A DNA stretch of 44,404 nucleotides from Fidelibacterota bacterium (GTDB lineage Bacteria > Fidelibacterota > Marinisomatia > Marinisomatales > S15-B10), in assembly GCA_046861655.1 (NCBI GenBank), contig JBHIAI010000006.1, positions 1 to 44,404 on the forward strand. Reading direction: 5' to 3'. Every line of letters starts with the position of its first letter. Within the stretch, counting starts at the first letter, position 1. The position numbers were made by a program, and so were the translations under genes. Of this stretch, positions 33,634 to 43,083 are shown one piece after another. The notes under the pieces were generated by a model, which ran no database searches, had not been told where the DNA came from, and saw only the letters and a list, made by a program, of their open reading frames with translations.

Positions 33634-36585
33634 ATGAAACGGATCCTCATACCAGTGGTCTTTGCCGGGATATACGTCCAGTCGGGCTGTGACTTTCAGA
33701 ATCCGGCCGATTTTGAACTCCCCACGTGGAACTCCAATGTCACCATTCCCCTGATGCACACTAAGTATCCCCTGGCGGATATCGTGAATGACACCACGAT
33801 TCGGTCCCTTGGGGACACCATCTTTGTCCAGTTCGACGGGGAATTGCCCGCCGATTCCATCAACGAGGACTTTCTTCGAATTCCATTGGACTTGAGCCGG
33901 GAAGCGGAGAGTGCCATCACTCCCCCCAACGCAGCGGACTTTTTCGAAGGGGCCATCCTGAGTATAACCCTGCCCATTCCTATCGGTGAGACCATGGACG
34001 GCACCGTGCCCAACCTGGCCGAACCAGGCACCATGGTCCAGATACCCGACACGGCGGACCAGCGAATCACGGGGACTTCATGGAACCTGGTGGCCAGCGC
34101 GGTGGAAACTGCCCTGGGTGACACCAGTATTTTCATTCCACTGCTGGATTCTGACGAGGTCTTTGGACAGATCCCGTTCATTGAATCCATGCTGGGGATC
34201 GTTATCGGGGGCGCAGACAGCAGCAACTTTTTCCAGTCGAGCGTCCGGAACAAGGACCTCCCCCTTTCGGTGGATAGTACCTGGGCCAGACTGATGACCG
34301 GGGAAGGGTTCCTGGCCCGGCACGATTCTGCCGGTATTGACTCCGGGGAGACCTTCGACAGAACAACATCCCTGGTGGGCGATACCCTGGGCGAGACAGT
34401 GGAAATCACCTTTGGCTTTACGCTTCAAAGGGCGGCCGATTCGGATACGATCACCATACCGGCCAACGACTCCCTCAATATGGAAATGGTGGTTTCCTTC
34501 GGAATCAGGGACATGGAGAGGGCCCTGGTGACTGTATCCGAGTATTCACTGGTTCCCGACCTGGAACCCATTTCGTTCGAGGACGCCAGTGTCAGCGCGG
34601 AGGACTGCCGGGTAAAGGGGGTATACGGGGGGACGTTTAACAGTCCGAGCCTGTCGGGAGAAAACAGTATTGGGATTTCCAACGTCATCAGCACATACCC
34701 CTTTGACATAGATTTCGGGATCACCTTCCCCAATTTCATTTCCCCCAGCGGGGATACCCTTCAGTTCGGGGAGACCCTGTCCCGGGGCAATCCTCCGTTG
34801 AATCAGGACCAGAAGCTGGACAGTTGGAGGTTCGGCAATCCCGAGGGAGCCGATCTGGCCGTCGAAGAAATAGGGCTGGACGTGACGGCCAACACCGTGC
34901 CGGACACGGTGGAGATTTTTCTTGACGGGACAGAGCCCGATTGGACCTTTTCCATGGGTGTTGACGTGCTGCCGCTTTCGTTCTCCACTCTTGAGGCCAA
35001 CCTGGATTGTCCTTTCCCGCCACAGACGCAGGAGATTGAGGGGATTCCCCAGGGATTCACCGGTATGTCCTTCGGCGAAATCATCCTCCGGTTTACCATG
35101 TTCAATCAGATCCGGCTGCCCCTGTTTCTTGATCTGGATCTGACCGGGTTTTCGAGCTCTGGGGATTCCGTGAGCGTTCCGGTCGAGGCCGTTCTGGGCA
35201 TCCCCGATACACCGGAGGATACGGCAAAGACGATTATCAGATTGAGCAGTGTGGGTACCGAAGTGGAAATCTACAACAGCGTCAGCCACGCGGAGCCCGA
35301 CAGTTCTTATGCCGTGTTGGTCGGTGATACGGCTGCGACCGTTGTGGATCTATTGGCTCTCAACCCCTCGGAAATCGCGGTGGAGGCCACCGCAGGGATT
35401 GACGGCAGGGGGGCCATAGATGTGAACGCGGCCATCTGGGGGGAATTCACCCTGAAGGCCCCCTTCATCGTCAGAGTGGATCCCATAACGTTCGTGCCCA
35501 TCACCTCCACCAAGGTGGAGGAGATGCCCCACGAAACACGGAACCAGCTTCGAAGTTCGGTCCGGGCGGCCAGTCTCACTACCCGGGTCAGAAATGGGCT
35601 CCCCCTCGGTGGGGAACTGGCCATCCTGTTTTCCGATCGGGACCTTTTTCCCTTGAACCGTGAAGCGAGCACTCTGTCGGGGGTGAGGGACAGCCTGGGA
35701 TGGCCCCCTACCGATTCCCTGTATGTAGTCACCTCCTGCAGTACCCTGAGCCCATCTCGAGGCGATATCCATATTTTCTCGGTCCTTTCCGACTCCACAG
35801 AGTGCTTTGACGGTGTGGCCTACCTGGTGAGAGGGGTAACCGGTGTCCCCGACACGGTCTATTCCTTCGTGGATACGCTCCTGAAGGTCGTTCTCCCCAG
35901 TCCCAGGAGCCTTTACTCCGACACCACCACAGTGGGAAAACCAGGGATGGTGAAACAGCCCGGAGATACGACGGTGGTCAGCGTTCTCGACAGCAACAGG
36001 ATTAAACTCATCACGAGTCTCGGAGATCACTTTGTCAATACCCGGACCCACTTTCTGGGCACGGGAGGGGATGTGGTCTTTCTTTCCATGAGAGATACTC
36101 TGGAAGTGGCCTCCTTGATGAGTTTTCTGATTGAAAGCACGGGACTCTTGGAAGAGCCCGAAGATGAAATCGTGATCACCTCTCCCAACGGGGGTGAAAC
36201 GATTGTGGTAGGGGATACAGTCGTGGTCCGGTGGCGGTCGCTGGGAGATGAAGTCAAACAGTCCCAGGTAGAAGTCTTCATCTCTGTGTCGGATACGGCG
36301 ACCCCGAGTGTGGACGTGGATGCCGACTGGGCATCCATCACCGGGAACGGGGCCATCGCCAATGTGGATTCTATGGCCTGGGTGCCCACCGGGGATCACG
36401 TGGGCAGTCAGCGATGGTTGAGAGTTTGTACGGAGGATGGCTCCATCTGCGACAATTCGGGATGGTACTTTCAGGTGGTGGGGGGAAGTCGCCTCCGGTT
36501 GATCGGACTGAAACAGGAAGAGAAAGGTTTGAAGAATCGAATAGTCAAGGGCGCCACCAGGAACTCGAGACAGGGACTTGAATAA
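33634..36585 (+). CDS. Large (983 aa) acidic beta-rich hypothetical lipoprotein
   Basis: Lipobox VQSG-C19; beta-strand-like periodicity; C-terminal Ig-like module IVITSPNGGETIVVGDTVVVRW. Confidence 0.8.
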   Translation: MKRILIPVVFAGIYVQSGCDFQNPADFELPTWNSNVTIPLMHTKYPLADIVNDTTIRSLGDTIFVQFDGELPADSINEDFLRIPLDLSREAESAITPPNAADFFEGAILSITLPIPIGETMDGTVPNLAEPGTMVQIPDTADQRITGTSWNLVASAVETALGDTSIFIPLLDSDEVFGQIPFIESMLGIVIGGADSSNFFQSSVRNKDLPLSVDSTWARLMTGEGFLARHDSAGIDSGETFDRTTSLVGDTLGETVEITFGFTLQRAADSDTITIPANDSLNMEMVVSFGIRDMERALVTVSEYSLVPDLEPISFEDASVSAEDCRVKGVYGGTFNSPSLSGENSIGISNVISTYPFDIDFGITFPNFISPSGDTLQFGETLSRGNPPLNQDQKLDSWRFGNPEGADLAVEEIGLDVTANTVPDTVEIFLDGTEPDWTFSMGVDVLPLSFSTLEANLDCPFPPQTQEIEGIPQGFTGMSFGEIILRFTMFNQIRLPLFLDLDLTGFSSSGDSVSVPVEAVLGIPDTPEDTAKTIIRLSSVGTEVEIYNSVSHAEPDSSYAVLVGDTAATVVDLLALNPSEIAVEATAGIDGRGAIDVNAAIWGEFTLKAPFIVRVDPITFVPITSTKVEEMPHETRNQLRSSVRAASLTTRVRNGLPLGGELAILFSDRDLFPLNREASTLSGVRDSLGWPPTDSLYVVTSCSTLSPSRGDIHIFSVLSDSTECFDGVAYLVRGVTGVPDTVYSFVDTLLKVVLPSPRSLYSDTTTVGKPGMVKQPGDTTVVSVLDSNRIKLITSLGDHFVNTRTHFLGTGGDVVFLSMRDTLEVASLMSFLIESTGLLEEPEDEIVITSPNGGETIVVGDTVVVRWRSLGDEVKQSQVEVFISVSDTATPSVDVDADWASITGNGAIANVDSMAWVPTGDHVGSQRWLRVCTEDGSICDNSGWYFQVVGGSRLRLIGLKQEEKGLKNRIVKGATRNSRQGLE

Positions 36586-37951
36586 GGCCAAGCCAATCCT
36601 CGCAGCGGTTCTTTTTCTTGTTGTGTGGGGCCAATTGGTGGCCCAGGCCAAGCGGGATCCAAGAATGGTTGGGATGGGGGGAGCCTACACTACCATCGCC
36701 GATGGCGTCTATGCCGTGGGGGTGAATCCGGCCAATCTGTCCTACCAGCACGATAAGCCCTTCATGTGGCAGATGGCAACCCTCAACTTCGGGATGGTCA
36801 ACAATTTCTTTTCCCTGAATAACTGGACCGGTTTGAGTGGTGCCGATCTGGAACGGAACAGGCAGGAGAAGAAGAAGGAAATCTTCAATCAAATCCAGGA
36901 CGGACTCCGGCTCACCGTCGATACACATCTTTCCCTGCCCGCCCTCAATTACGCATCGGGTAACATGGCCTTTACCAGTGACATCATCGTTGTGGGAGAC
37001 GTGACCATACCGGAGGGGATGTTTCGGTTGATTCTGGAGGGGAACCCGGTAGGCGAGCCCCTCGATATGACTCTGAAATATGAACTGCTGGGCCTGGCGG
37101 AATACGGTTTCTCGTTCGCCGTGCCCTACAGAGTTTTTTCCTGGGGCATGACCCTGAAGTATCTCCAGGGCATGTTCTATCTCGGAATTGATCCCGATTC
37201 CAGCTTCTCGAATCTGGTGACCGACACCACCGCCTTTTATGGAGAAGGAAGGTATTTTATCCGTCAGGGTATTGGGGGGAACGGATTCGGATTGGACCTG
37301 GGCTTTGCCACCCCGGAGCTAAACGGATGGAGGGTTGGAGCGGCGCTTATCAATGTCCTGGGGACCATCTCCTGGAACCGGCCCTCACTGACCAAGGATC
37401 TTCTGGGAGTGGATCAGGAGCGGGGTCTATTCTCCTGGGGAGGGAAGCCCGTGCCCGAAGGATCGGCCATGGTGTACGAATTCAGCATAGACAGCGTCAC
37501 CTTCGTTGACATGACGGAGCGGGATATGGACGACATCTTTACCTCTTCCAAACGGGTTGTCCGGGACACGACGTCCCAGGGAGAGCCCAGACCCTTCACC
37601 ATCCGGTATCCGGCTCTCTTCCGGCTGGGAATTTCCAAACAGGTCGATCCAGACTTCCTCGTAGCGACCGACTTGGTGGCTGGATTTCAGGATCGTCTTT
37701 ATGTCCGGCGACGCTGGAAGTGGTCCGTCGGAGTACGATTCGACCGGTTTCCCAGTTTTCCCCTCAGGCTGGGATACAGTTGGGGTGGGCCTGACCTGAA
37801 GGAACTCGGACTTGGTTTCGGGATACACAGGGGTCCCCTTATCTTCGATTTTGCCCTGGCGTTCCGGAATGGAGTGTGGGTCCACAGTATGAAGGGGATA
37901 TCCCTTTCCATGGGCCTCGCCATCACCAACTTCAAGAGCCGGAAGGAATAG
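36578..37951 (+). CDS. Outer-membrane beta-barrel protein (FadL/PorV/DUF5723-like)
   Basis: Signal peptide ending VA-Q, N-terminal PRMVGMGGAY...NPANL plug motif, many amphipathic strands (GFGLDLGF, LRLGYSW); overlaps the lipoprotein stop by 8 nt. Confidence 0.8.
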   Translation: MNKAKPILAAVLFLVVWGQLVAQAKRDPRMVGMGGAYTTIADGVYAVGVNPANLSYQHDKPFMWQMATLNFGMVNNFFSLNNWTGLSGADLERNRQEKKKEIFNQIQDGLRLTVDTHLSLPALNYASGNMAFTSDIIVVGDVTIPEGMFRLILEGNPVGEPLDMTLKYELLGLAEYGFSFAVPYRVFSWGMTLKYLQGMFYLGIDPDSSFSNLVTDTTAFYGEGRYFIRQGIGGNGFGLDLGFATPELNGWRVGAALINVLGTISWNRPSLTKDLLGVDQERGLFSWGGKPVPEGSAMVYEFSIDSVTFVDMTERDMDDIFTSSKRVVRDTTSQGEPRPFTIRYPALFRLGISKQVDPDFLVATDLVAGFQDRLYVRRRWKWSVGVRFDRFPSFPLRLGYSWGGPDLKELGLGFGIHRGPLIFDFALAFRNGVWVHSMKGISLSMGLAITNFKSRKE

Positions 37952-37959
37952 GGCTCCAG

Positions 37960-39051
37960 CTACTTCCTGGCCAGAATCAACAGCACCACTCCCCCCAGGG
38001 AGAATACCACATTTCCGATCCACGCCGAAAGGAAGGGATCGAGAATTCCTTTGTACCCGAGTGTCTGGCCGATCCGGATGAAGGCATAATAGGCAAAGAT
38101 GACGAACACGCTTATGCCCGCTCCGAAGGCCAGGCTTCCCTTGGCCTTCGATGCCACCAGGGGAAGGGCGAACAGGACCACGATCAAGTTGGTGAAGGCA
38201 AAGGAGATTTTTCCGTGGAGATTCACGTCCCACCGGGTGGTATCCACACCGCTGTCTTTCAGCTCCTGAATGAACAGCTTTAGCTCCGCATAGCTCTTCT
38301 CTTCAGGGGATACGGCCTGACGGGTGATGTCATCAGGGTCGAAGTTTACTGCTAGAAGGGTATCTCCCCTGGAAAACTCGACCCGGGACTCAAACCCGTC
38401 AGGATGGAATTCTCTTATGGCGTACGTGTGGATTCGCCAGGCTTTTCGGTCTTCCACCCATTCCATCCAGTTGGCATCGACCCGGCTGGTAAGGCGGCCC
38501 TTCTCAAGGAATTGCATGGCCACCCCGGTGGCCCGTTTTTGCTCAGGCCGGTAACGATCGATGGCGATGTGAAGCCGATCCGACTTTTGCAGGAAAATGT
38601 TCCGCTTCCGGGTATCGTAAGGTTGCTTTCTGAGTCGGATGGCCCGTTCTTTCTCGATGGCCCTCCGGTTCCGGTTTCCGAGCGTTACCGCCTGATCTTC
38701 GAAAAAGAACGATCCCACGCTGACCACCACAGCGCTGATGAATATTGGTAAGGCGATTCTGTACAGAGAGATTCCCGCCGATTTCATGGCCACCAGTTCA
38801 TTCCGCCTGGAGAGAAGACCTATGGTAAGAATCGTGGACAAAAGCATGGCCATGGGAAGTCCCACCTGAATAAACCAGGGGCACGAATTGAGATAGTATG
38901 CGCCGATAATACCTACGGGGATTTCGGCATCGATAAACCTATCCAGGTTTTCCACAGCATCCACAATGATGAATATGACAACGAAGCTCACAAGGGCCGC
39001 GGCAAGGATGGTGAAAAAATACCCCACAAGATACAAGTCAATCTTCTTCAT
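37960..39051 (-). CDS. lptG: LPS export ABC transporter permease, LptF/LptG family
   Basis: IDLYL, RRNELVAMKSAGIS, 3 TM + periplasmic beta-jellyroll + 3 TM, AWIGN; ATG 39051. LptG versus LptF is not certain. Confidence 0.88.
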   Translation of the reverse strand: MKKIDLYLVGYFFTILAAALVSFVVIFIIVDAVENLDRFIDAEIPVGIIGAYYLNSCPWFIQVGLPMAMLLSTILTIGLLSRRNELVAMKSAGISLYRIALPIFISAVVVSVGSFFFEDQAVTLGNRNRRAIEKERAIRLRKQPYDTRKRNIFLQKSDRLHIAIDRYRPEQKRATGVAMQFLEKGRLTSRVDANWMEWVEDRKAWRIHTYAIREFHPDGFESRVEFSRGDTLLAVNFDPDDITRQAVSPEEKSYAELKLFIQELKDSGVDTTRWDVNLHGKISFAFTNLIVVLFALPLVASKAKGSLAFGAGISVFVIFAYYAFIRIGQTLGYKGILDPFLSAWIGNVVFSLGGVVLLILARK

Positions 39052-39058
39052 GATACAC

Positions 39059-39122
39059 AATTTACAACCCACGCTTTCTGTCTCAAAAACTCCTTTGCCG
39101 GGATATGCGGTTCAACTATATT
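39059..39122. promoter_or_regulatory. Back-to-back divergent promoters (lptG: TTGAGA-16-TAAATT; NhaC: TTGCCG-16-TATATT)
   Basis: Minus strand hexamers at 39086-81 and 39064-59; plus strand hexamers at 39095-100 and 39117-22. Confidence 0.5.
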
Positions 39123-39132
39123 GCCGTTTCCC

Positions 39133-40815
39133 GTGACCGGTGGGACCAAAAAACTCCTCTTTTCAGCGATTATTCTGATACTCATCCTGTGGGAATTTGT
39201 CCTGCCTGGAGCCGCGGTAGGGCCTTCCCATTCCCCGGGCGGGCCCGCCTCTCTTCTGCCTCCTCTCATCGCCATCACCATGGCTCTTGTTACGCGGGAG
39301 GTGATCATCTCCTTATTCTGCGGAGTCTGGATCGGAGCCACCATTCTTTCCGGATACCAACCTCTGGGCGGTCTTACCGCCACCCTGGATACCTTCCTCG
39401 TTCGATCCCTCTCCAGTGAGGACCACGCCACCATTATTCTGTTCAGTCTGGGTTTCGGGGGAATCATCGGTGTGATAGGGGCCAACGGGGGTATGAAAGG
39501 TATTGTGGAAAAGGCATCCCAGTATGCTCGAACCCCCCGGAGCAGTCAGATGGCCAGCATGCTCATGGGCATCGTCATTTTCTTCGACGACTACGCCAAC
39601 ACCCTGTTTGTGGGCAATATGATGCGACCCTTTACCGACAAAATGAAGGTATCCAGGGAGAAACTATCCTACCTGGTGGATTCCACTGCCGCTCCAGTGG
39701 CCAGTCTGGCCATCATCAGCACCTGGTCGGTATTCCAGATGTCCCTTCTGGAGGGTCCTTACGACACCTTCGGGATTCAGGAGAGTCCCTACATCACGTT
39801 CCTGAAATCCATCCCCTTTTCCTTCTACTGCATTCTGACCCTCTTTTTCATGGTTCTTCTGCTCTTCAGCGGGCGGGACTACGGGCCCATGAGGAGAGCC
39901 GAGATCCGTGCCAGGGTCCACGGAAAAGTGCTTGGGGATGATGCCCGGCCCCTCTCCAATCCTCAGTCAGTAGAGAATGAAAAACTGTCCATCCACGCTA
40001 CCCACTGGTCCAACGCCATGGTTCCCATCATGGTTGTTATCGGAGTCACCCTGTTGGGGCTGTATGTGACCGGTCGCAGGGGTCTGGCTCCCGGGGTGGT
40101 CCCCACTGTCAGGAATATCGTGGGATCCTCGAATTCCTATGCCAGCCTGATGTGGGGTTCCTACCTTGCTGGATTCACCGCAATCGGCATCTCGGTAGCG
40201 AGGGGTCTTTTGACCTTACGAAAAGCCGTTGAATCCTGGCTTGCCGGCGTCCGGTCCATGGTCCTGGCCTGCATAGTTCTCGTCCTGGCCTGGAGTCTGG
40301 GAGACATCTGTGGCGAAGTGGGGACAGCGGGTTATCTCATCAAGGAAACCCGGTCTTTCCTTACGGCCGGACTCCTGCCCCCCGTCACTTTTCTGACAGC
40401 CGCGCTGGTGAGTTTTTCCACGGGAACATCCTGGGGCACCATGTCCATCCTGGTTCCCATCGTGATTCCCATGTCCTTCAACCTGGTTGGAGGACAGCCC
40501 GCGGACGTGGTGGGATCCCCTGCTTTCCTGGCTACCTTCGCGGCCATCCTGTCGGGTGCGGTGTTCGGAGACCACTGCTCTCCCATATCTGACACGACCA
40601 TTCTCTCCTCCATGGCCTCAGGGGCGGACCATGTTGATCATGTCCGCACTCAGCTTCCCTACGCTATCACCGTGGGGTTAATCAGCATGATCTCTGGCTT
40701 TTTCCTGGTAGGGATGGGGATCCCCTGGGCAGCGACCATCCTTCTGGGACTTGGGGCGGCCGGTGGCGCCGTCTGGCTTTTTGGTCGCCCCCTGAGAATC
40801 GAACCGTCTGCCTGA
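39133..40815 (+). CDS. NhaC-family Na+/H+ antiporter-like transporter
   Basis: SLLPPLIAI, IFFDDYAN, SREKLSYLVDSTAAP, FSTGTSWGT and GDHCSPISDTTILSS motifs. Start is GTG 39133 or TTG 39121. Confidence 0.92.
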   Translation: MTGGTKKLLFSAIILILILWEFVLPGAAVGPSHSPGGPASLLPPLIAITMALVTREVIISLFCGVWIGATILSGYQPLGGLTATLDTFLVRSLSSEDHATIILFSLGFGGIIGVIGANGGMKGIVEKASQYARTPRSSQMASMLMGIVIFFDDYANTLFVGNMMRPFTDKMKVSREKLSYLVDSTAAPVASLAIISTWSVFQMSLLEGPYDTFGIQESPYITFLKSIPFSFYCILTLFFMVLLLFSGRDYGPMRRAEIRARVHGKVLGDDARPLSNPQSVENEKLSIHATHWSNAMVPIMVVIGVTLLGLYVTGRRGLAPGVVPTVRNIVGSSNSYASLMWGSYLAGFTAIGISVARGLLTLRKAVESWLAGVRSMVLACIVLVLAWSLGDICGEVGTAGYLIKETRSFLTAGLLPPVTFLTAALVSFSTGTSWGTMSILVPIVIPMSFNLVGGQPADVVGSPAFLATFAAILSGAVFGDHCSPISDTTILSSMASGADHVDHVRTQLPYAITVGLISMISGFFLVGMGIPWAATILLGLGAAGGAVWLFGRPLRIEPSA

Positions 40816-40827
40816 TTCTCCTGGCTT

Positions 40828-42030
40828 CTATTCCTTCTTCACCAAATGGAGGCGTTTCAGCCGGGTGGGCCCCGCACCCAGAATCTTGATACGAAACGCG
40901 GGAAATTCAAGCATCTCCCCCCTCTGGGGAATCCTGCCCAATCTGGACAGAAGGAATCCACCGATGGTCTTGTAATCCCCGGACGGTATGCGGAATCCAT
41001 ACCGCTTTTGGAGCTCGGCAACCTCAACCAGGCTATCCACCACCAGGCTCCCGTCAGGGATGTGTGTTATTCTCCGGCCCTCAACGTCAAACACATCCTC
41101 GAATTCCCCGAAAATCACTTCCACCAGATCTTCCACTGTGACCAATCCCACCGTCTTCTTGTTCTCATCGGTGACTATGGCGATACTGGACTTGTTTCTC
41201 TTAAGGATTTCCAGGGCCTGGTTGGCGGGCGTGGTGTGGGAGACAAACAGGGGATCTTTGACGATGGAGTCAACGGACCGGGGCTCGGTGAAAAGATCAT
41301 GGAGAAAGACAACCCCCGCGATGGAGTCCAGACCACCGTCATAAACCGGGAGCTTGGACAAGCCTGTTTCCGATAACACCTGGATGACATCCTCAACCTG
41401 AGATCCGGTGGGTATGGCCACTATGTCTGACCGGACGGTCATGGCATCATATACCGGTCTTGAGCCAAATTCGAATATTTTGGAAATGACCTCCTTTTCT
41501 TCTTCCTCAACCTCTTCACCCGCGTCCGCTTCCTGGAACAGCATCTTGAGATCGTCCCGGGAAAGGGGAGAAGCAAGCCCGCCAATCCGGGGACCCAGGA
41601 ATCTCGAATAGAACCTTACCAACTTCACAAAAGGGATCAGTGCGATTTCCGCAAGTTTCAACAAGGGAGTCACCCCCACAGCCATGATGTTGGCATGCTC
41701 GCGGAAGAATACTTTCGGAATAATCTCGCCAAAAAGGAGAATGATGGCCGCTACGGTTAGGATGGTCGCAGTCTCACTGAGCCCAAATCGAAGCAGAGCA
41801 ACCGTGGAGTAGGAAGCGGTAAGGACATTGGCCAGGTTTGTTCCGATCAGAACGGTGGTGAGAAATCGTTCCGGTTCGGCCAGGTAGCGGGAGGTCGTAT
41901 GGGCGGCCTTGTGCCCCTGCTTGATCCAGACCTCCAGCTGGACCGGATTGGCCTGGACAAACGCGATTTCGCTTCCTGAGAAGAACGCGGAAAGAACCAG
42001 ACCCGTCAGGGCTAGGACAACTTCTGTCAC
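40828..42030 (-). CDS. Hemolysin/CorC-family (CNNM/DUF21-CBS-CorC_HlyC) membrane protein
   Basis: SAFFSGSEIA, LIGTNL and FGEIIPK motifs, CBS pair (SKLPVY, TVEDLVEVIFGE), YKTIGG; GTG 42030 with AGGA SD. Confidence 0.92.
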   Translation of the reverse strand: MTEVVLALTGLVLSAFFSGSEIAFVQANPVQLEVWIKQGHKAAHTTSRYLAEPERFLTTVLIGTNLANVLTASYSTVALLRFGLSETATILTVAAIILLFGEIIPKVFFREHANIMAVGVTPLLKLAEIALIPFVKLVRFYSRFLGPRIGGLASPLSRDDLKMLFQEADAGEEVEEEEKEVISKIFEFGSRPVYDAMTVRSDIVAIPTGSQVEDVIQVLSETGLSKLPVYDGGLDSIAGVVFLHDLFTEPRSVDSIVKDPLFVSHTTPANQALEILKRNKSSIAIVTDENKKTVGLVTVEDLVEVIFGEFEDVFDVEGRRITHIPDGSLVVDSLVEVAELQKRYGFRIPSGDYKTIGGFLLSRLGRIPQRGEMLEFPAFRIKILGAGPTRLKRLHLVKKE

Positions 42031-42050
42031 TTGTTTTTCCTGCTTGCGAT

Positions 42051-42116
42051 AAGTTAGTGGAATTTGGTCTGCTGACGCAAATGATGTTCTCATCCTTTCG
42101 GATGAATTGTTAACTT
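42051..42116. promoter_or_regulatory. Divergent promoters (minus: TTGCGT-18-TAACTT; plus: extended -10 TGT-TAACTT)
   Basis: Minus hexamers at 42080-75 and 42056-51; plus TG at 42108-09 and TAACTT 42111-16, with TTCTCA 18 nt upstream. Confidence 0.5.
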
Positions 42117-42154
42117 ACTCCACCAGGGTATCTTCTGGAAAGACCTCTTCCGTC

Positions 42155-43075
42155 ATGACCGACCGATTGAAACGTGAACGACTCGCCACCGAGCAGCGCA
42201 ATATCCGCTCCGCGGATATCGATACCAGGTCTATTCCGGAGATCCTGAAGATCATAAACGAGGAGGATAAGGGTGTTGCCCCTGCCGTGGAGAAGGTCCT
42301 CCCCCAGGTGGAACAGGCCGTGAATCTTACGGTGGACAGCATCAAGAACGGGGGGCGGGTGTTCTATCTGGGCGCGGGGACGAGCGGCCGCCTTGGGGTG
42401 TTGGACTCCTCGGAAATTCCTCCCACATTCTCGGCGCCCCGCCACATATTCCAGGGGATCATCGCCGGGGGGGAAAAAGCCCTGACAATGTCCATTGAAG
42501 GAGCCGAAGACCGGGCGGAAGATGCCGTCAGAGACCTCAAGAAAGGTGGACTGAAGTCCGGAGATGTCCTGATCGGCATCGCCACCAGCAGCACCACACC
42601 CTATGTTCTGGAGGGCCTCAGGTATGGCAGTTCCGTGGGGAGCCGGACGGTGTTTCTTATCTGCAATCCTGCCCCGCTCGTTCCCGTTGATGTGGATGTT
42701 CTGGTAGCCATCGACGTGGGCAGAGAAGTCATTACCGGGTCCACCCGCATGAAATCCGGGACCGCCACGAAGATGGTTCTCAACATGATTTCCACTGCCA
42801 CCATGGTGAGACTGGGTAAGGTGTACGGGAACCTCATGGTTGACCTGAAGGCGGTAAGTCAGAAGCTGGTGGACCGGGCGACCCGGATCATCCGTCTTCT
42901 GACATCCCTGTCTTATGAGGAGGCCGGGGATCTTCTCAGGCAGGCGAATCTGGAGACCAAGACTGCTATTGTCATGCACCACAAGCGCTGTTCCTATGAG
43001 GAGGCGGTCAGACTTCTGGACCAGTTTGATGGTTTCCTGAGGCCTATTGTTGAAGGGAATATCAAGGGTTCCTGA
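42155..43075 (+). CDS. murQ: N-acetylmuramic acid 6-phosphate etherase
   Basis: TEQRN, GAGTSGRLG, EGAED, GSTRMKSGTATKMVLNM and GKVYGNLMVD motifs. Confidence 0.96.
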   Translation: MTDRLKRERLATEQRNIRSADIDTRSIPEILKIINEEDKGVAPAVEKVLPQVEQAVNLTVDSIKNGGRVFYLGAGTSGRLGVLDSSEIPPTFSAPRHIFQGIIAGGEKALTMSIEGAEDRAEDAVRDLKKGGLKSGDVLIGIATSSTTPYVLEGLRYGSSVGSRTVFLICNPAPLVPVDVDVLVAIDVGREVITGSTRMKSGTATKMVLNMISTATMVRLGKVYGNLMVDLKAVSQKLVDRATRIIRLLTSLSYEEAGDLLRQANLETKTAIVMHHKRCSYEEAVRLLDQFDGFLRPIVEGNIKGS

Positions 43076-43083
43076 TCGCATTC

